64,000 nt of DNA, taken from the human T2T-CHM13v2.0 reference genome, Homo sapiens. The notes beneath the pieces were generated by a model that searched no databases, was not told the DNA's origin, and saw only the letters and a program-made list of their open reading frames with translations. Position numbers and translations under genes: made by a program. Every line of letters starts with the position of its first letter. The first letter of the stretch is position 1. Below, piece after piece: positions 41,193 through 56,842 of this stretch. The stretch lies in assembly GCF_009914755.1 (NCBI RefSeq), contig NC_060945.1, one strand, 5' to 3'.

Positions 41193-41735
41193 TTACTTTG
41201 TTTTCATTGCTTACTGACTTCTCCCCAGGGAAAAAGTGGATCAACTTTTTCCACTTCGGTGACATGATTGGTGGAATGAAAAGGTAGACAAATGTTGGCC
41301 TACATTTCCCAGTTGAATGTAATTAATTTGGCAAAAATCACTGGGTGTATGTGGCCTTTTTGTGTGTTGAGGTGGTTGGAGGGTGGGATGGATCCTCTGT
41401 GCTTAAAGTTTCATGTAGCAAACCTGCTAAATGTCGTGCTCTTCCCATAGCAGGTCCCAAGGCTAACCAAGGAAGTCAGAAGGATAGAGAATCAAGTTAA
41501 AGCACCATCCTTCAATTAAGCTTTACCAATTATATTTTGATCTGTATCCTGTTTCTAAGCTGGTTCAGAAAGGGAGAAGACTGTGATAATTTACTATTCC
41601 CACATATCTCTAAACCTAGCAAATGTCTTCCGCACAATGCCTAGCCCAGTCAGTGCATGTACCCATTATGTGTTGCTGCTGCTATTGGATGTAGAAAAAT
41701 AGACTAGAACTTAATATTGGTTCAATTATTCTTTT

Positions 41736-42030
41736 TCTTTTTTTCTGAGACAAGGTCTCACTCTGTTACTCAGGGTGGTGTGTAGTGGTGCAATTACAGT
41801 TCACTGCAGCTTTGACTCCTGGGCTCAAGCGATCCTCCCACCTTAGCCTACAGAATAGCTGGGACTACAAGCACATGCCACCACATCTGCCTATTTTTTT
41901 TTATTTTGTTGTAGAGATGGGGTCTCATTATGTTGCCCCAGGCTGGTTTGGAACTCCTAGGCTCAAGTGATCTTCCTGCCTTGGACTCCCAAAGTGCTGA
42001 GATTTAGGTGCAAGCCACGGTACCCAGACC
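41736..42030 (-). mobile_element. Alu (AluJ-like)
   Basis: Reverse-complement Alu. TSD AATTATTCTTTT at 41724-41735 and 42031-42042. Confidence 0.93.
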
Positions 42031-42980
42031 AATTATTCTTTTACTTTGAAAAAAATAGACTGTAAATATTTTTACAAGATTAGATATTAACAGCTAGGAT
42101 CCACAAAGCACATAAAGTTTATACTTTTACACCTAAGTTACAATTAAAAATATATAAACTTACATTTTAAATTTATATTTATGCATGTTTACATCCCTCT
42201 ACTCAAGCATGCAGTGAATATGGGTAACATAAAATATGAAAAGAGAAAAATAGAAAAACGCATTCTCTAAAGCCTATCTCTTTAGATCAGAAACAGAAAC
42301 TCAAAGTTTTGAGATGAGAGGCTTTCTGGACTCTGCGATAAGCAGGCAATGGCATCTAAGTGTTTGGCCCCTGTGTGCTAATAGAGGCAAAAAAAAAAAA
42401 AATAATAAAAAATAAAAAAAACCCAACTATATCACAATAAATGGAGACCTAAAGTCTGTCTCATTAGTTAAAGCTCAAACTTAAATCTTACTACTGATCC
42501 CTAGATTATGGTAGCAGGCTTAGGAAAATGGCAACTAACTGTTACCTGCAACAATGTTTTGTAGCAAGCTATGGTCCGGGTCAGTAACAGAACCAAGCTC
42601 GGAAACCATAAACTGAACCAAGAAACCTGGTGGACTAGTGAATACTTCTGTGATATCCCTAGTGTCTCCTCTGGCAGGAGCGCTGAAATCATGAAGTGTT
42701 AGGCTGTTAGAGCTAGTGACTGCTAAACAGAGATGGGTAAGTACAGAGGAAAATTTTAAAAAAATTCCCATCTAAGTGCACAAATGATATTACACAGAAA
42801 TCAAATGCTAAAATTACAGCCAACAAAATCAAAATTCAAAATATAAATATAATTTCAGTGGAGGTTGACAAAAATTTTAAGTGAAGTTTCTGAGGATGTT
42901 TGAAGAGATAAATGAAGAAATAAGTTTGATTAAAAAGAATAGAATATTTGGTAAAATGAAGGTAAAATATAAAGTAAGAG

Positions 42981-43335
<355 letters not shown>

Positions 43336-44089
43336 TTAAAAAACATAAAACTATTTTAATGGATTCCGTAAATGGTGCATACATTTGAAGGGAATTAGTG
43401 ATTTGGAGGAAGGTACCTTCATCTAAAGTTCTTCATAATAGAGACACAAAAGGCCAGGTAAATGGTGTATAGGTTAATAAGGAGGGTAGCAATAGAATAA
43501 GGGAATGAAAGGAATGATAGAAAAGCATATATGAATAGAAAATATTTGATAATTTTCCAGAATTCATTAGATCAAAACTTTACTCTGAATGAAAAATGAA
43601 TAAAAATAATTTTAATTTAGACTCATCGTGTTGAATTTTACTAACAAGAGGGATAATTCATTTATCTTAATGGTTTCTAGATTGAGGAGAAATCCAAATT
43701 AATACATTTTAGGCAAATTTTTTTATCAGCAAAAGTAGATAACAGAAAACAGTATATTCATATCTTTAAAGGACTGAAAATTTAAACTTAAATTTTTATA
43801 CCCAGCTATATTATTTTTCAAAAATGAAGACAAAATATTCTTTAAACATTTTTCAGAACTAAGAAATTTTACTATCAATTAATAGGCCTTTATAAAGGAA
43901 TTGTTAAAAAATAAAATTTAGCAAGAAGGAAGGCCAGCACAGAGGGAAGATGATGAATGCAAAATTGATAAAATATGTTGATAAATATATTGAATTTTGA
44001 TATAGAGGTAAAACAGCCCAGCTTGTGTGCTTTTTCTTATTTTGTTCAAGGTAATAAGATGGGAGAAATTATGAGCTTTAATATAGAAG

Positions 44090-44565
44090 CTATCCTGAAA
44101 AAGCTTCTAATGGCCAAAGATGGAACAATTTGAAGAGCAAAATAAATGACGTAGTGTAGGATTGTAACTCAAAGCAAAAAATAAATAAACATCTATAAGT
44201 CCATATTGATATGAACACATTATTAAACAAATAAAAGAAAGAAAAGATACAAATCTTCCATACAGAAGAATACTACATAACATGTTAACACTCCCTTTCT
44301 TAAGGAGTTAGTGCTTAGCTCTCTGTCTCTTGAAAATGGGTTACACTTAATAACCTGCTTCCAATGAATACAGTGTGGAAGGGGAGAAAAGTGTCTTCAC
44401 AATAGAAAAATCCTGCCAACACTACCTTGCCAGGGGATCGAGATTAACTACATCACTGATAATTAATGTGGATAGTATGTAACTGTCATATGATATGATG
44501 AAAATGACACTTCATCTCTACTGTCTTCCTTTTTAAAAACTTTAGTCAAATCATGAGAAAACCAC
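44090..44565 (+). mobile_element. Old L1 3' UTR fragment (L1MC-like)
   Basis: atggccaaagatggaacaatttga...aacactaccttgccaggggatcgagattaac...atcatgagaaaacca resembles an L1MC 3' region. Confidence 0.65.
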
Positions 44566-45654
44566 ACTGAGAAAATGGGGGGAGAGGGGGGCTAATGTTG
44601 CTGGAAATTTAGGAAGGAATAAAAAGAGGGGAGAGTTATGAGGGGCCCAGAAGGCTTTTTAGTGAAATTGAAATGTAAATATACGAAAATAAAATGAGGG
44701 AAAATGAAGGCCAGATTCAGATCCAACTGGACGGACAGAAAGAACTAGTGAGCTTTTAAAGCTTTAACAATGAAAAGAGACAGAAAATTGTCAAGTAATG
44801 TGTGGCAATATCCAGACAGGATTTAACTTTAAAAAGTGAGAACTCCTGGACAAGTTGAAGGGAAAGAGAAACAGATTTTGTGAATGGTGATGCTGTTTTG
44901 GAAAATTTGGTTTTCTAAACCAAGTTTGAGTGCCTATACCATGGGACAGAACTCAGGCTAAGTAGGTAGGATAAGGCTCCCTCGTTTATGATTTATACAT
45001 GACGTTGATGGGAAATGGTTCCCTTTTTTAATTTCTATTTTTTAAGAGCAATCCATCATCTACAATGTTGTATAGAAGGCAAGTCTACATAATCTAAACA
45101 TAGGGTGGCCATAGGAGTCTCAGATTCCAGATCTCAGTTTTCTCCAAAGAGGAGGCTTGGAAGAGAAGATTTTACCAGATACAGGTGTGGTAAGAGGGAA
45201 TTCCTAGAAAGTACTGAAAGCAAGAGTTGAGGACTATGTACTTTGCATCAAAGGGATCACTCTTAAATGAATTTTCTCATGCTCTAGTAAATTCAATGAG
45301 GCACTTGTCTTAACTACAGGTGGTTCCCACTTACGGCAATTTGACTTATAATGAGTCATAGGCTCAGTGCTCTGCCAGTTACTCAGAGCCCTGGCAGAAG
45401 GCCACACACAGCTACATCATTGGCACTGTCTTCTTTCTGACAGGCACCAATATTTAAGACCCTTTTGCCTGGGTCCTTGACTTTAGATGACCTCTTAAAA
45501 GCCTTGCAGCTTCCTCGGTGTGGGTTCTCTATGGTACTTGTTTTCAAACATTCCTGCTAACAATCAATAATAACAATGTAGAATATATTATGTAAAGCTT
45601 TGCTACTTACCCTTGTGGACATATTCTTTCATTCTGTACTAACATCAATAGCCA

Positions 45655-46260
45655 AGTATCTATTGAGCACTTACTATGTGACAGTCACTATAGCAGTCAC
45701 TTTAAATAGATGAGTGTATTTAATCCCCTAAGAGACCTATGAGGAGGACATTATTAATTGTATTTTGCTTAAAAATGCTGATATGGTTTGGCTGTGTCCT
45801 CACCCAAATCTCATTTTGAAATGTAGCTCCTCTAATCCCCACGTGTCGTGGGAGGAACCCAGTTGGTGGTAATTAAATCATGGAGGCAGTTACCCCCATG
45901 CTGTTCTCGCGATAGTGAGTGAGTTCTTATGAGATCTGATGGTTTTATAAGAGGCTTTTCCCGCTTTGCTCGGCGTTTTTCTCTCCTGCCACCGTGTGAA
46001 GAAGGTGTTTCCTTCCGCTCCACCATGATTGTAAGTTTCCTGAGGCCTCCCCAGCCATGAAGAACTGTGAGTGAATGAAACCTCTTTTCTTTATAAATTA
46101 CGCAGTCTTGGGCAGTTCTTTATAGCAGCATGAGAAATGACTAATACAGGGAAATTTAGGTTTGAAAATGATGTCTGACTTGGGTAAAGGCAAAGAGCTG
46201 GTATGTGGGAGAGCTGGGACTAATATCTAAGTTTCCTGATTCCAAATACAGTTCCTTTTT
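45655..46260 (-). mobile_element. MIR SINE split by a THE1 LTR
   Basis: tattgagcacttactatgtg...atttaatcc...cctatgagg on the left; aaggcaaagagctggtatgtgggagagctggga on the right. Confidence 0.65.
45779..46148 (+). mobile_element. MaLR solo LTR (THE1B/C-like)
   Basis: TGATATGGTTTGGCTGTGTCC...GACTAATACA, about 370 bp. Confidence 0.92.
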
Positions 46261-49200
46261 TACTGTACAATTTTGCTCCTCCTCAGGAAGACCCTTTATT
46301 GTTAATTTTCAGCTACAAGTCCTTCTACCAGTTATACTTTCAATCATATTTGTGTGTCTTATTATTGCATTTGTTCAAGTATATTAGCTTCTATGTATGT
46401 AAAAACCTTTATACCATACAGTGTATAAGTTTATGCTTTAATGACAAATAATTTTGATAGGCTGTGATTATTTCATTTACAAATTGAGCACCAGGCTGTT
46501 GATTAGGAAATAATCCCTTATTATGACATTGTACCTGTAAGAAAACTAAAGTCGACTTGAGTCATTTCATTTATAGCTTGAGTAATTAGCTTTACATTCA
46601 AGCACTGTCTTAGAATGATCTAGGAAAAGAATAGAGGGCAAGGTCTGAAAGAGAAATATCATCTTCACTTTTGATTCTTGGGTATAGACAGTATGACATT
46701 AACTTGAAAGAGACTAAGACATCTAGCTATTTTCTTGTACTTTGAAACTGCCCTCATCAAGGACAACTCTTAATTCTGATAGGGTATCATTCTGAGGTGT
46801 GAGTGGGCTGTATTTTGAGTTCAGCTTACTGTTCACCAAAAATTCTCAGAGATTCTTATTACCTTGGTGAATTTTCATGGTCTAAGGTCTGGTCATTAGC
46901 CTTGAAGATAAGAAACTGGGCCTTTCATCTCCCCAGCTCACCCACTGTTTTTCTGCTGACAACCCTCCTTGATATGCACTTTCTTTGGCATATTAAATTT
47001 GCTGATAAAGTCAGCAGCTCCTTTAGTCCTGGAAAACATTTTTGTACCCTCTCATTTTGTGTTGAGTCCAATAACCAGCAGGGGATAACCTTTTATCCTG
47101 GCTAGTAGTAAGATGTAATATATATAAACATAGAAATGTATGTGCTTCTCCCTTTCCCCACCACTGAGTTCTTTCTTTTTAAAAACCCTTAAAATATTTT
47201 CAAAAATAGAATAAATTACAAAAGAAATTGTTTATCTTAAAGAGTCAGTAGTAAATTTTGAGATATGTAACATGGAAAAAAGTTGAGGAAAACATGGTAA
47301 TTACCTATAATAACACTTTAGTTGTTAAGCAATGATAGTTTTTACATATTTTTTCCAGCCTTCAATTTTACAATTTTGTTAATTGTATTTTTTATCACCT
47401 AGAATTTAAAAAAGGCTAAAAGGCTTAAAGTGAACAAATAATGTCCCCAGGCACCTCCAGACCCACTAGTTTTATTCCTCAGAAGTAACATTTCCATTTT
47501 CAAAGTGTTTTAGCTATTTCTTTTGATATTTATTTTCATATTATGAGGTGTATGTTAATAATGTGCTTTCTTTATCAGTTTTAGTCATCACCCAGTTACT
47601 TCTCACAGTAGCCAAAGACTGATCTTATATACCCTTCCCACTCGTTTCTTTTCCCTATATATACCCAATATAGATAAATAAAATGTTTGGGAAAAAACAG
47701 TAGTGTGCAGAAGTCCTGTTTTTTCAATAACAAGGAGCAAGGGTACTAGTTGAGAGTGAAGGAAATTCGAGGTCTGAGGTAAGAGGAGAATAAGAGGAAG
47801 GATGGTCTGGGAGTAAGAGAATAAATTGGTTAATGATTCATTTCAGTATGTTCTTGAGAAAGAAAGACAATTAATACATGTGATCAATCTCATATGCTTA
47901 AAGAACAACAAAAATCACAAAAATTTATTCACAAAACATGCATATAATTAAATGTTATGAGTTTTTATTTAGCTTAAATATGATGGTCAATGGTATACCA
48001 TGGTTAAAAATAAATAAAGGCACTTTGAATTCCAGAGATGTAACATCTCTAGTTGAAGCGTGTATGTATGCCCTTAGCTACCTGCTTTAAACCAATCAAA
48101 GAAAATATCTATAAATATGCTAAGCTTTCATTACAATAGAAAAAATTTTTGCCCAAAGAACTAAATCTTGGTCAAAAGAAACAAAAATGTGTCGATTATT
48201 TAGGGATTTTAAGCAGCATGTTCATGAGGTAGCTTGTTTTGCTAAGAATAGCATGACTTTGGGGTTGAAGAGTCTCGTGTTTGGTTTGAATCTCAATTCT
48301 GCCAGTAAAATCCCTCATCTATTAAAATATCTACAATAATACTTTTGTCATTTATTAAAATGAGGAAATTACCAGTCTTCATATTTATTACAATAACTGT
48401 TCCTTTGCTGCAATGTTGGGTGGAGTAGAAGTCATTTTTACACAGTACCCAGTACATTGTAGGCCTTTAATAATTAGAAATTGCTCTGCCATAGAATTAC
48501 ACCATAGCAATTCTATGGAGCATCCATTGGAGGAAATGCATATGGCATGCTATCTGTATTTAAATCCAAAGCATTTCAAAGTCAATCAATTAAAGGTTAC
48601 ATTTTTCATTTCTGTTCAAGGCAATATTAACATTGGTATTGGTAACTGATTAACAACTTATTTTAACAGTTTCACATTTTTCACTTCCATGTTTACCATC
48701 CTCCTGTGTCCAGACTACAACCTCTTCACCCACCATCTCTCCTTTCCACACTGCCTGCCCAGTCAGAAAACAAAACAAAACAAAACACAAAAGTTCCACA
48801 CTTCCAGAGTGACTTGTTTCTCTCCTCACCCTCCTTGCATTGCTTGACCTCCTTCTGGTCCTGGAATCACTCCAAGCTGAACATCATTAACCCAGAGCTC
48901 GGACAAATTAGGTAGATAGAAATATTTATCAAGTGAATGAATGAATCGTACAAAGAGCCCACAAGTCCCCCTATCATTCTTTTTTCAGTTAATGACATTA
49001 GTATTCATTCATCTGCTGAATTAAGAAGCCTTGGATTCATTCTCATTCCTGACATATATTTGATCAGCAAGTCCTGGCAGTTTGACTTCAGAAATAACTC
49101 TTAAATTCATATTCTTTCCGTCACCTCTGTCTTATAATCTCCCCCGGGATGTTGCCATTGGTTTTTTAACTGGTCTCCTGGTCTCTGCCTGACCCCACAC

Positions 49201-49743
49201 TAGTTTCTTCTCTATATGTCTTCTAAGGTGAACACTATAACATATAAACAAAATCATATCTCATGAACCCCTATTGGCTTACTGCATTAAAGATCTTGAG
49301 AGTTCCCCATTTCTTACATATAAGTTCAAATTCCTTAGGACCACACAAAAAGTCATCCACAATAAGGTCCCAGGTTACCTCTTAAACTTCATTACTAGCC
49401 TTCCTTTCGCTTATCCCCTACTCCACTCAAATAGGCCTGTTCCACATTGTGAACACCTGTTACTATTTGATTGCCTCTGCACCTTTGTGCTATCTATCTA
49501 ATCACCTTCTTTCTCTTACTTATCTGGATAAGATGAATTTAATCTGCAAGTACAGCTGAAAAAATTTTTGTGACATGACCTTGACTCAAGGAGAAAGCAG
49601 TCTTTCCTTTTTTGTTAATGATTCATTTCATTAACACCATTAATGTTGTTTTTGTAAAGGATTTTTATTATTTCTGACATGTCTGTGAACCCTACAAGAC
49701 TGTGATCATCTCTGTGAAGGGATTCCTGTCTTTTCTTTGTACC

Positions 49744-50231
49744 TGTATTAATTTTCCATGTCTTCTTTAACAAATTATCACACACTTGGTGGCTTAAAAA
49801 AAAAAAAAAAAAAAAAGAAGACATTTGTTCTCTTCTAGTACTGGAGGCCAAGGGTTTAAAATTAGTATCTTTAGGCCAACAGCAAGTCATCAGCAGGGCC
49901 ATGCTCCCTCAGGAGGCTTCAGGGGAGAATCTAATAAACATTCCTTCTCTTCCTGGTGGTTACAGGCACCTCTTGACTTGTAGCTGCATCAATCCATTAT
50001 TTCCCTTCGAGGTCACATTGCCTTCTCCTCTCTTGTCAAATCTTTCTCTGTCTCCTTATGAGGATGCATGTGATGGTATTTAGGACCCAAGCAAATAATC
50101 AAGGATAATCTCTTTATCTCAAGACCCTTAAATTAATACCTCTGCAAGTACCTTTCCTCCCCTCCCCCCACAAATAAGGCAACAGTTACAGGTGCTTGAT
50201 TCCTTTGAGGACCACCATTCAATCTACTACA
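49744..50231 (-). mobile_element. MaLR LTR (MLT1C/D class), 3' LTR of a provirus
   Basis: TGTATTA...aacaaattatcacacacttggtggcttaaaa...gcagggccatgctccctc...ccattcaatctactaCA. Confidence 0.82.
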
Positions 50232-51573
50232 GTTTACCCTCTGGCCTCCAAAGTTTCATGTCCATCTCACATGCAAAATACACTCAAACCATTTCATCAT
50301 TTCTGAAAGTCTCAACCCATTACAGCATCAACTCAAGGCCAAAATTTCATTTAAACATGTCTGATTAAAAGCCCAAACCTCATCACCTTAATCATCTAAA
50401 TCAGGAATAGATGAGACTGTGGGTATAATTCAACCAAAGGCAAAAAACTCACCATCTGTGGACCTGTAAAACTAGAAAACAAGTTATCTACTCACAAAAT
50501 ACAATGGTGAGACAGAAGTATAACAGTTATAGAAATTACTATTCCAAAAAGGAGACAATGGAAGGAAGAAAGGGGTTACTGATTCCAAGCAACTTTGAAA
50601 TCCAGCAGGACAAATTAATTGGGTTTCAAAACCTGGGAATTATTCTCAGTGGCTCAAGGCCCTGGCCTCTGCTTTTGAAGTTGTGCTTGCTTTTTATTGA
50701 AGGGTAGTGCATGCCTGAAACTGAGTAGTTTCATCATCCTGTTACCTGCTTCTAGAGCTTTGGAAGTCTGACAATCTTCTTTCATTTGCCTGTCTCTGTT
50801 ACTTTCAAGACAAGCTCACAGTGTTTTTGCTGCAATAACACTCTCAAAAATGTTGTGGCTCTCCTGTGTATGTTATGGAATTCCTTCAATTAGACCAAAT
50901 GATCCTCCAAAGAGCTTTCCTAGTTAATTCTGTCTCTGTTTTTGTCTTCTGCTGAGATGACCTGGTAGATCCATGAGTCATATGCCAAACCTCTTTAGTA
51001 CCAGCAAAAGGTTGTCCAGCCACACTTTTGATCTTCTCTCCAGAGCACCCTTTCCTAATGAGTGAATCACCAAATTTTAGCATTTTTGTTTCCAATCTGG
51101 ATAGGCTGAGAATTTACCCATAATTAAATGTAGATTCTTTTTTCCTTAATTGTTCTTTTTTTCACTCTACCTCTTTCCACCCTCATTTTACTATCAGCAG
51201 AAAGAAGCAATTGAGCTGCACTTTCAACATTTTGCTTGAAATTTCCTCAGTTATATAGCCAAATTCATTGCTTTACAAGTCTTGCTTTCCACACAACTAT
51301 AGGGCACAATTCAGTTAACAAGCTGCCACTGTATAACAAGAGTTACCATTCCTCCAGTTTCCAATAACATGTTCTTCATTTTTTTCTGAATCTTACCAGA
51401 AGTGTTTTTAAAATCCATATTTCTACAAAAAGTCTATTTAAGGCAATCTAGATCTTTTCTATCCTGTGTCTCAAAATCCATCAAGCCTCTACTCATTACT
51501 CAGTTTCAAAGCCACCTCCACATATTTACTTGTTATATTGGCATCCTATACCCTACCTGCTGGTACCAAAATC
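50232..51573 (-). mobile_element. MaLR internal region (MLT1-int like, about 1.34 kb)
   Basis: On the minus strand begins GATTTTGGTACCAG...ATGTGGAGGTGGCTTTGAAACTG. Other end ttcatgtccatctcacatgcaaaatac. Length typical of MaLR internals. Confidence 0.78.
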
Positions 51574-51627
51574 TATATTGTTAAATTTCTACCAGAGAAA
51601 CAGAATGAATGGTTTGAATAGGTTCTG

Positions 51628-51646
51628 TTTTCTTTCTTTCTTTCTT

Positions 51647-51713
<67 letters not shown>

Positions 51714-51730
51714 TCTTCTCTTCTTTCTTT
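51628..51730. repeat. (TTTC)n/(TC)n polypyrimidine microsatellite
   Basis: Directly visible. Confidence 0.95.
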
Positions 51731-52050
51731 CATTATCATCTAATCTACCTATCTATAGCTATCTATTCAAATATAAATATAGACAAAGATATATATATAG
51801 ATACATTAAGAGATTTGTTGCAAGAAACTGGTGTATGCAATTATGGAAACTGGTGAAGTAGATAGAAAATCCATAGGGCGGGCCATCAGGAAAGCCAGGC
51901 TGTAAGTCTTAAGCACAATCTGAATCTGCAGTCCACAGGCAGGATTTCTTGGTCAAGTATGTCTCAGTTCTGCTCTCAGGCCTTTTAAATGGATGAAAAA
52001 TAATCCATCTGAATTATCTAGGATATCTTCTGTACTTTGTAGACACCTAA

Positions 52051-52353
<303 letters not shown>

Positions 52354-53335
52354 TAATTACAGATGTTAGTCACATCTACAAAATGCCTTTACAACAACAC
52401 CTACATCTGTTTGATTGACTAACTGCAGACTGGGGATTGTAGTCAAGTTGACACATAAAACTGATTGTCACAGTATTCTAGTGGTTAGGACAGGTTCTGG
52501 TACATCGTAGGCCTTCGCTTCATTTATGCAAATAAATAAGTGATGTCCCACTTTATAAGCTATACTTCTGCTATACTTGACTCTCTGTGGAGCTTGAATT
52601 CTATGGTTAGTTTCTTAAATAATGCCATTGTGAACACATTTAGCCATTCCTCAACAAGGGGTCAGCCCCACTGTGCATTTTTACCACTCCTGATCATAGG
52701 TATTAGTCATGATACCAAGAACATTTGCATAGAAAAATCATAGTTAAGAAGGGAAAGAAGTCTATATTGAGTCTCTAGTTTTTAAAAGGTACTTTTCATA
52801 AACGTTTCAAAGGATTTATTGTTTTGAATCCATTATTTAAAAGCTTATTTATTTAAATAATCTTATGAGTGTATTTGAGATTAGTTTTTCCCTCTTATTA
52901 ATTACTATTCTATATACTTACTATATTTGTTCCTTTTTCTCTACCTCCCTTCCAGAATCATGAATATGAGAAGTTATCTAGTGGTAGCAAGTTTCTACAC
53001 ACAGTTTACCAAGCTCTCCTAGAAAATTTCCAAAAAGTCAAACTAAAGTTAAATCCTTAAATTCCCAGAGATGTGAACTCTTCTTAATATACTGAAATAC
53101 TGCAAGTATTCCACATAAGTTTATTACCTCATTAAAGTGGAAATCCCTACTCTACATTTTTAACCACTTTGAAAATCAAAATGATATGTTAGTATTTTGT
53201 AGTTTTCACATTTTCCACGAATTACCAAAGATTACCTATAGAGACTTGGCTCATTCTCTGCAATTTTGTTCAAGTTCCTACAATATAACTCAGCAGGCCC
53301 AGACACTAAAGCATATTAAAAAATTAATATCTGTA

Positions 53336-53605
<270 letters not shown>

Positions 53606-53927
53606 AATCATATTATCCTTGCTCTTTTTTCACTAATTTGAGGCTTCAATTTTAACTAAATGATTCATCTGTGTTTGAAAGTTACTCTTTTGACAGAGAA
53701 AATAAAAATAATATATAAGATTGTTGAATCTCAGCTCTTAAACTTATACACATCAACGATGTATCTCCTCTATTTTGTTTGGGTCTTTCTTAGACTTTAA
53801 ACAGTTGCTGAATGAATGATAAATTTTTACTGTTCTTAGCGTTTCTCAAAAGCCTCAGTTTTGTACTGTTTCTTCAGTAGTTTCAATTGTTATTTGTCTC
53901 TAGTAACCACTACTTTTCTTTCTTGTG

Positions 53928-54246
<319 letters not shown>

Positions 54247-55959
54247 CTTTTGTGTTTCTGATTTGCAACTATACATGTACCCAGGAGCTCTTAGCCCAGA
54301 TGTGTAGATTGCCTGAAGCATATGAACATTTTTCTTCTCCATGGGCACAATTTTTAATTACATACTTAGAATTTCACTTGCGATACACCCCAGTGTTGGT
54401 TCGTGGCTGGGATTCTTAATATTCCATCTTAATATTCCCTCCCTTGCAGAATTTTTATTCATGCGATCATCTTTGTGCTTTTTTCTCAATTTCTTGAAAT
54501 CCTGGTTATTAACTCTAGAATTTATGTTTGATAGGGTCAGATGCCAGGCAGTATGGATATACCAAATTGTTAAAATGTATTTCAAGTTGAGTCAACAACC
54601 CAGGGAATTGTTGAGCTTGTTTGGTGTGAAAATTTGAGTCAGGTACATTCTGTGGAATATTTTAATCTGAGTTTCCGTTAAATTGATTGGAAAAATGCCA
54701 AACCATGTGTTATTCGTAATTTGTTTTTCCACCCTGCCTCCTCCACTGTTACCCACATTCACCTGACCGTAAAAGGCCTTTTAACTAGGACGAACCCATC
54801 CATGTTTTGGTTCCTCAAATGTTTCAAGTTAGTTTTTCCAACTGTTGGGGTTTGGCAAACTCTTGTCAGCTTTTTGCCAAGGTGGTTATTTTTTTCTTTT
54901 AAATTTTCAAACCTGAGTGTGTTTTCTGGAAATGTAGTCCATATGTTTCTTATTTTTTTATATATAACTCATAAAAATAGTTTTTAATAATTATTTTATG
55001 TTCACAATATCTGTATGCTATTCCGTATCGGTCTCTTAGTCCATCCAGGAATGTTCCACCTTTTGTCTTTTAACTTAGGTGAAAAATTTTGAACCAAATC
55101 TGAAACTTGATAGGCCAGTACATTGAATGGTTGGCAAAATTTATTTTTCATTTCTCTCATTACCTTTAATAGAAACAAATAGTGTCCCTTTTGCCTAATT
55201 CAACAAAAAGTCAGGTCAGCTCAAATAACTAACAAGGAACACATGCAAATAGTATGTTAGAAATCAATGGGGAATGAGTTATTTATATTGTATCTATAAT
55301 TGCTAGACCCTTTTATTTTGGAAATCTTCTCCTTTCCACTCCCAGACAGACTTTTTTTCCAGAGACAATCATAATACTAATTCTCAAGTAGAACACATTT
55401 GAATTCTTTTCATTTTTTAGCATAAACCAAAAATGTTCAGTTGAATTTAAATCTTGATGTCTAAAGTCACTGGCACTTGTACTAAATTTTGACTTGTTTT
55501 CGTGTTTCATCTTAACTTATCTTACCTCCATCAGCTTACCTACTGTCTGAAGTGTGTTCTCCCTGAGTCTGCCCCAGCACATCACCGCACTAGTGCTGCC
55601 ATTGCCCTCACCATTACCCTACAGATCTCTTTCCTTGCTTCCACCTCTCTCTGCCTCTAATCCAGCCTTCACACTGCTACCTGTGAGGCTGAAGGATTGT
55701 ATTAGGTGCTTTATCTGACTCCCTGAGTTAATTATTTTTAATCCAAAAGATAGGTAAATAGATTTAAATTTCTGCAAGCATAAGAAAATCATTGGTATCC
55801 AGTGATCACTGCTCAATTTCAGTTTGCATATATGTTCAGATTTTTAAGGAACAAAATCAAATCCATTTAATTGCAATAAAATACAAATATAACCCTAGAA
55901 GTCGAGCTCAGGGGTAAATGTTAGCTACTTTTACAATTTCATAGAGAAGCATGGTATTG

Positions 55960-56842
55960 TCTATCAGTCAGTGAGCCAGGAGGAAACAGGTAATACATTT
56001 AAATGATGATCATTCCAGAAGGCTTTAATGAAGGAACTGTTGGCAAATGTGTGGGCATAGTGTGGGGGAATCAAGGGTTGGTGCAGGGTAATGAGAGATA
56101 ATGACAGTGACAAAAGTTGGGCACAGCAGGAAAAGAGGCTGAATCAGTTTTCAGGACCCTGAAAAGAGTCTGTAGAAAGGGACACATGGAAAGGAGCAAT
56201 GACCTTTGGTTGAAGAATGCAGCCAGCCTGAGGCAACCCCACAAGAAGATGGCTTTGGAGGCAAATAAATTCACTTGCCTCCTCTTTTTTGACCAAATGC
56301 AACAGAAGCCAGAAGACAATGATGTCCGCTAATATACAGATGTTCCTCAAGTTACAATGGGGATACATCCTGATAAACCCACAGTAACTTGAAAATATCA
56401 TAAGTTGAAAATGTATTCAATACACCTAACCTACTGAACATCATAGCTTAGACTAGCCTACCTTAAACATGTTCAGAACACTTACATTAGCTTACAGTTG
56501 GGCATATTCACCTCTATTTTATAATATAGTGTTATCTCATGATTGCTACCCTTGAGAGTACGTGGCTGACTGGCAGCTGCAGCTCCCGGCCACTGCCCAG
56601 CATTGCGGAAGAGTATCTTCCCCAACTTCTCCAGCCCAGGAAAAGATCACAATTCAAAATTCCAACCACATTTCTACTGAGTGTGTATCCTTTTGTGCTA
56701 TTGTAAAATCAAAACATCTTAAGTCAAACTATCATTAGGGCCCCTTCTGTCGTCCACACAGGTCAGCTTTCCAAGAGAGAAGGCAGGGTGGAAAAGGATG
56801 GGAAATGGATTTGGAGGGTCTAACAGAAATTTATCTGGGACA
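55960..56842. mobile_element. Old ERVL-class LTR (subfamily unassigned) interrupted by MER47
   Basis: caggaggaaacagg...tttaatgaaggaactgtt...gtgtgggca on the left; gcagggtggaaaagg...tggatttggaggg...gggaca on the right. Confidence 0.5.
56337..56749 (+). mobile_element. TcMar-Tigger MITE (MER47B-like)
   Basis: ta|CAGATGTTCCTCAAGTTACAATGGGGATACATCCTGATAAACCC...aacatcatagcttagactagcctaccttaaac. Confidence 0.8.
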
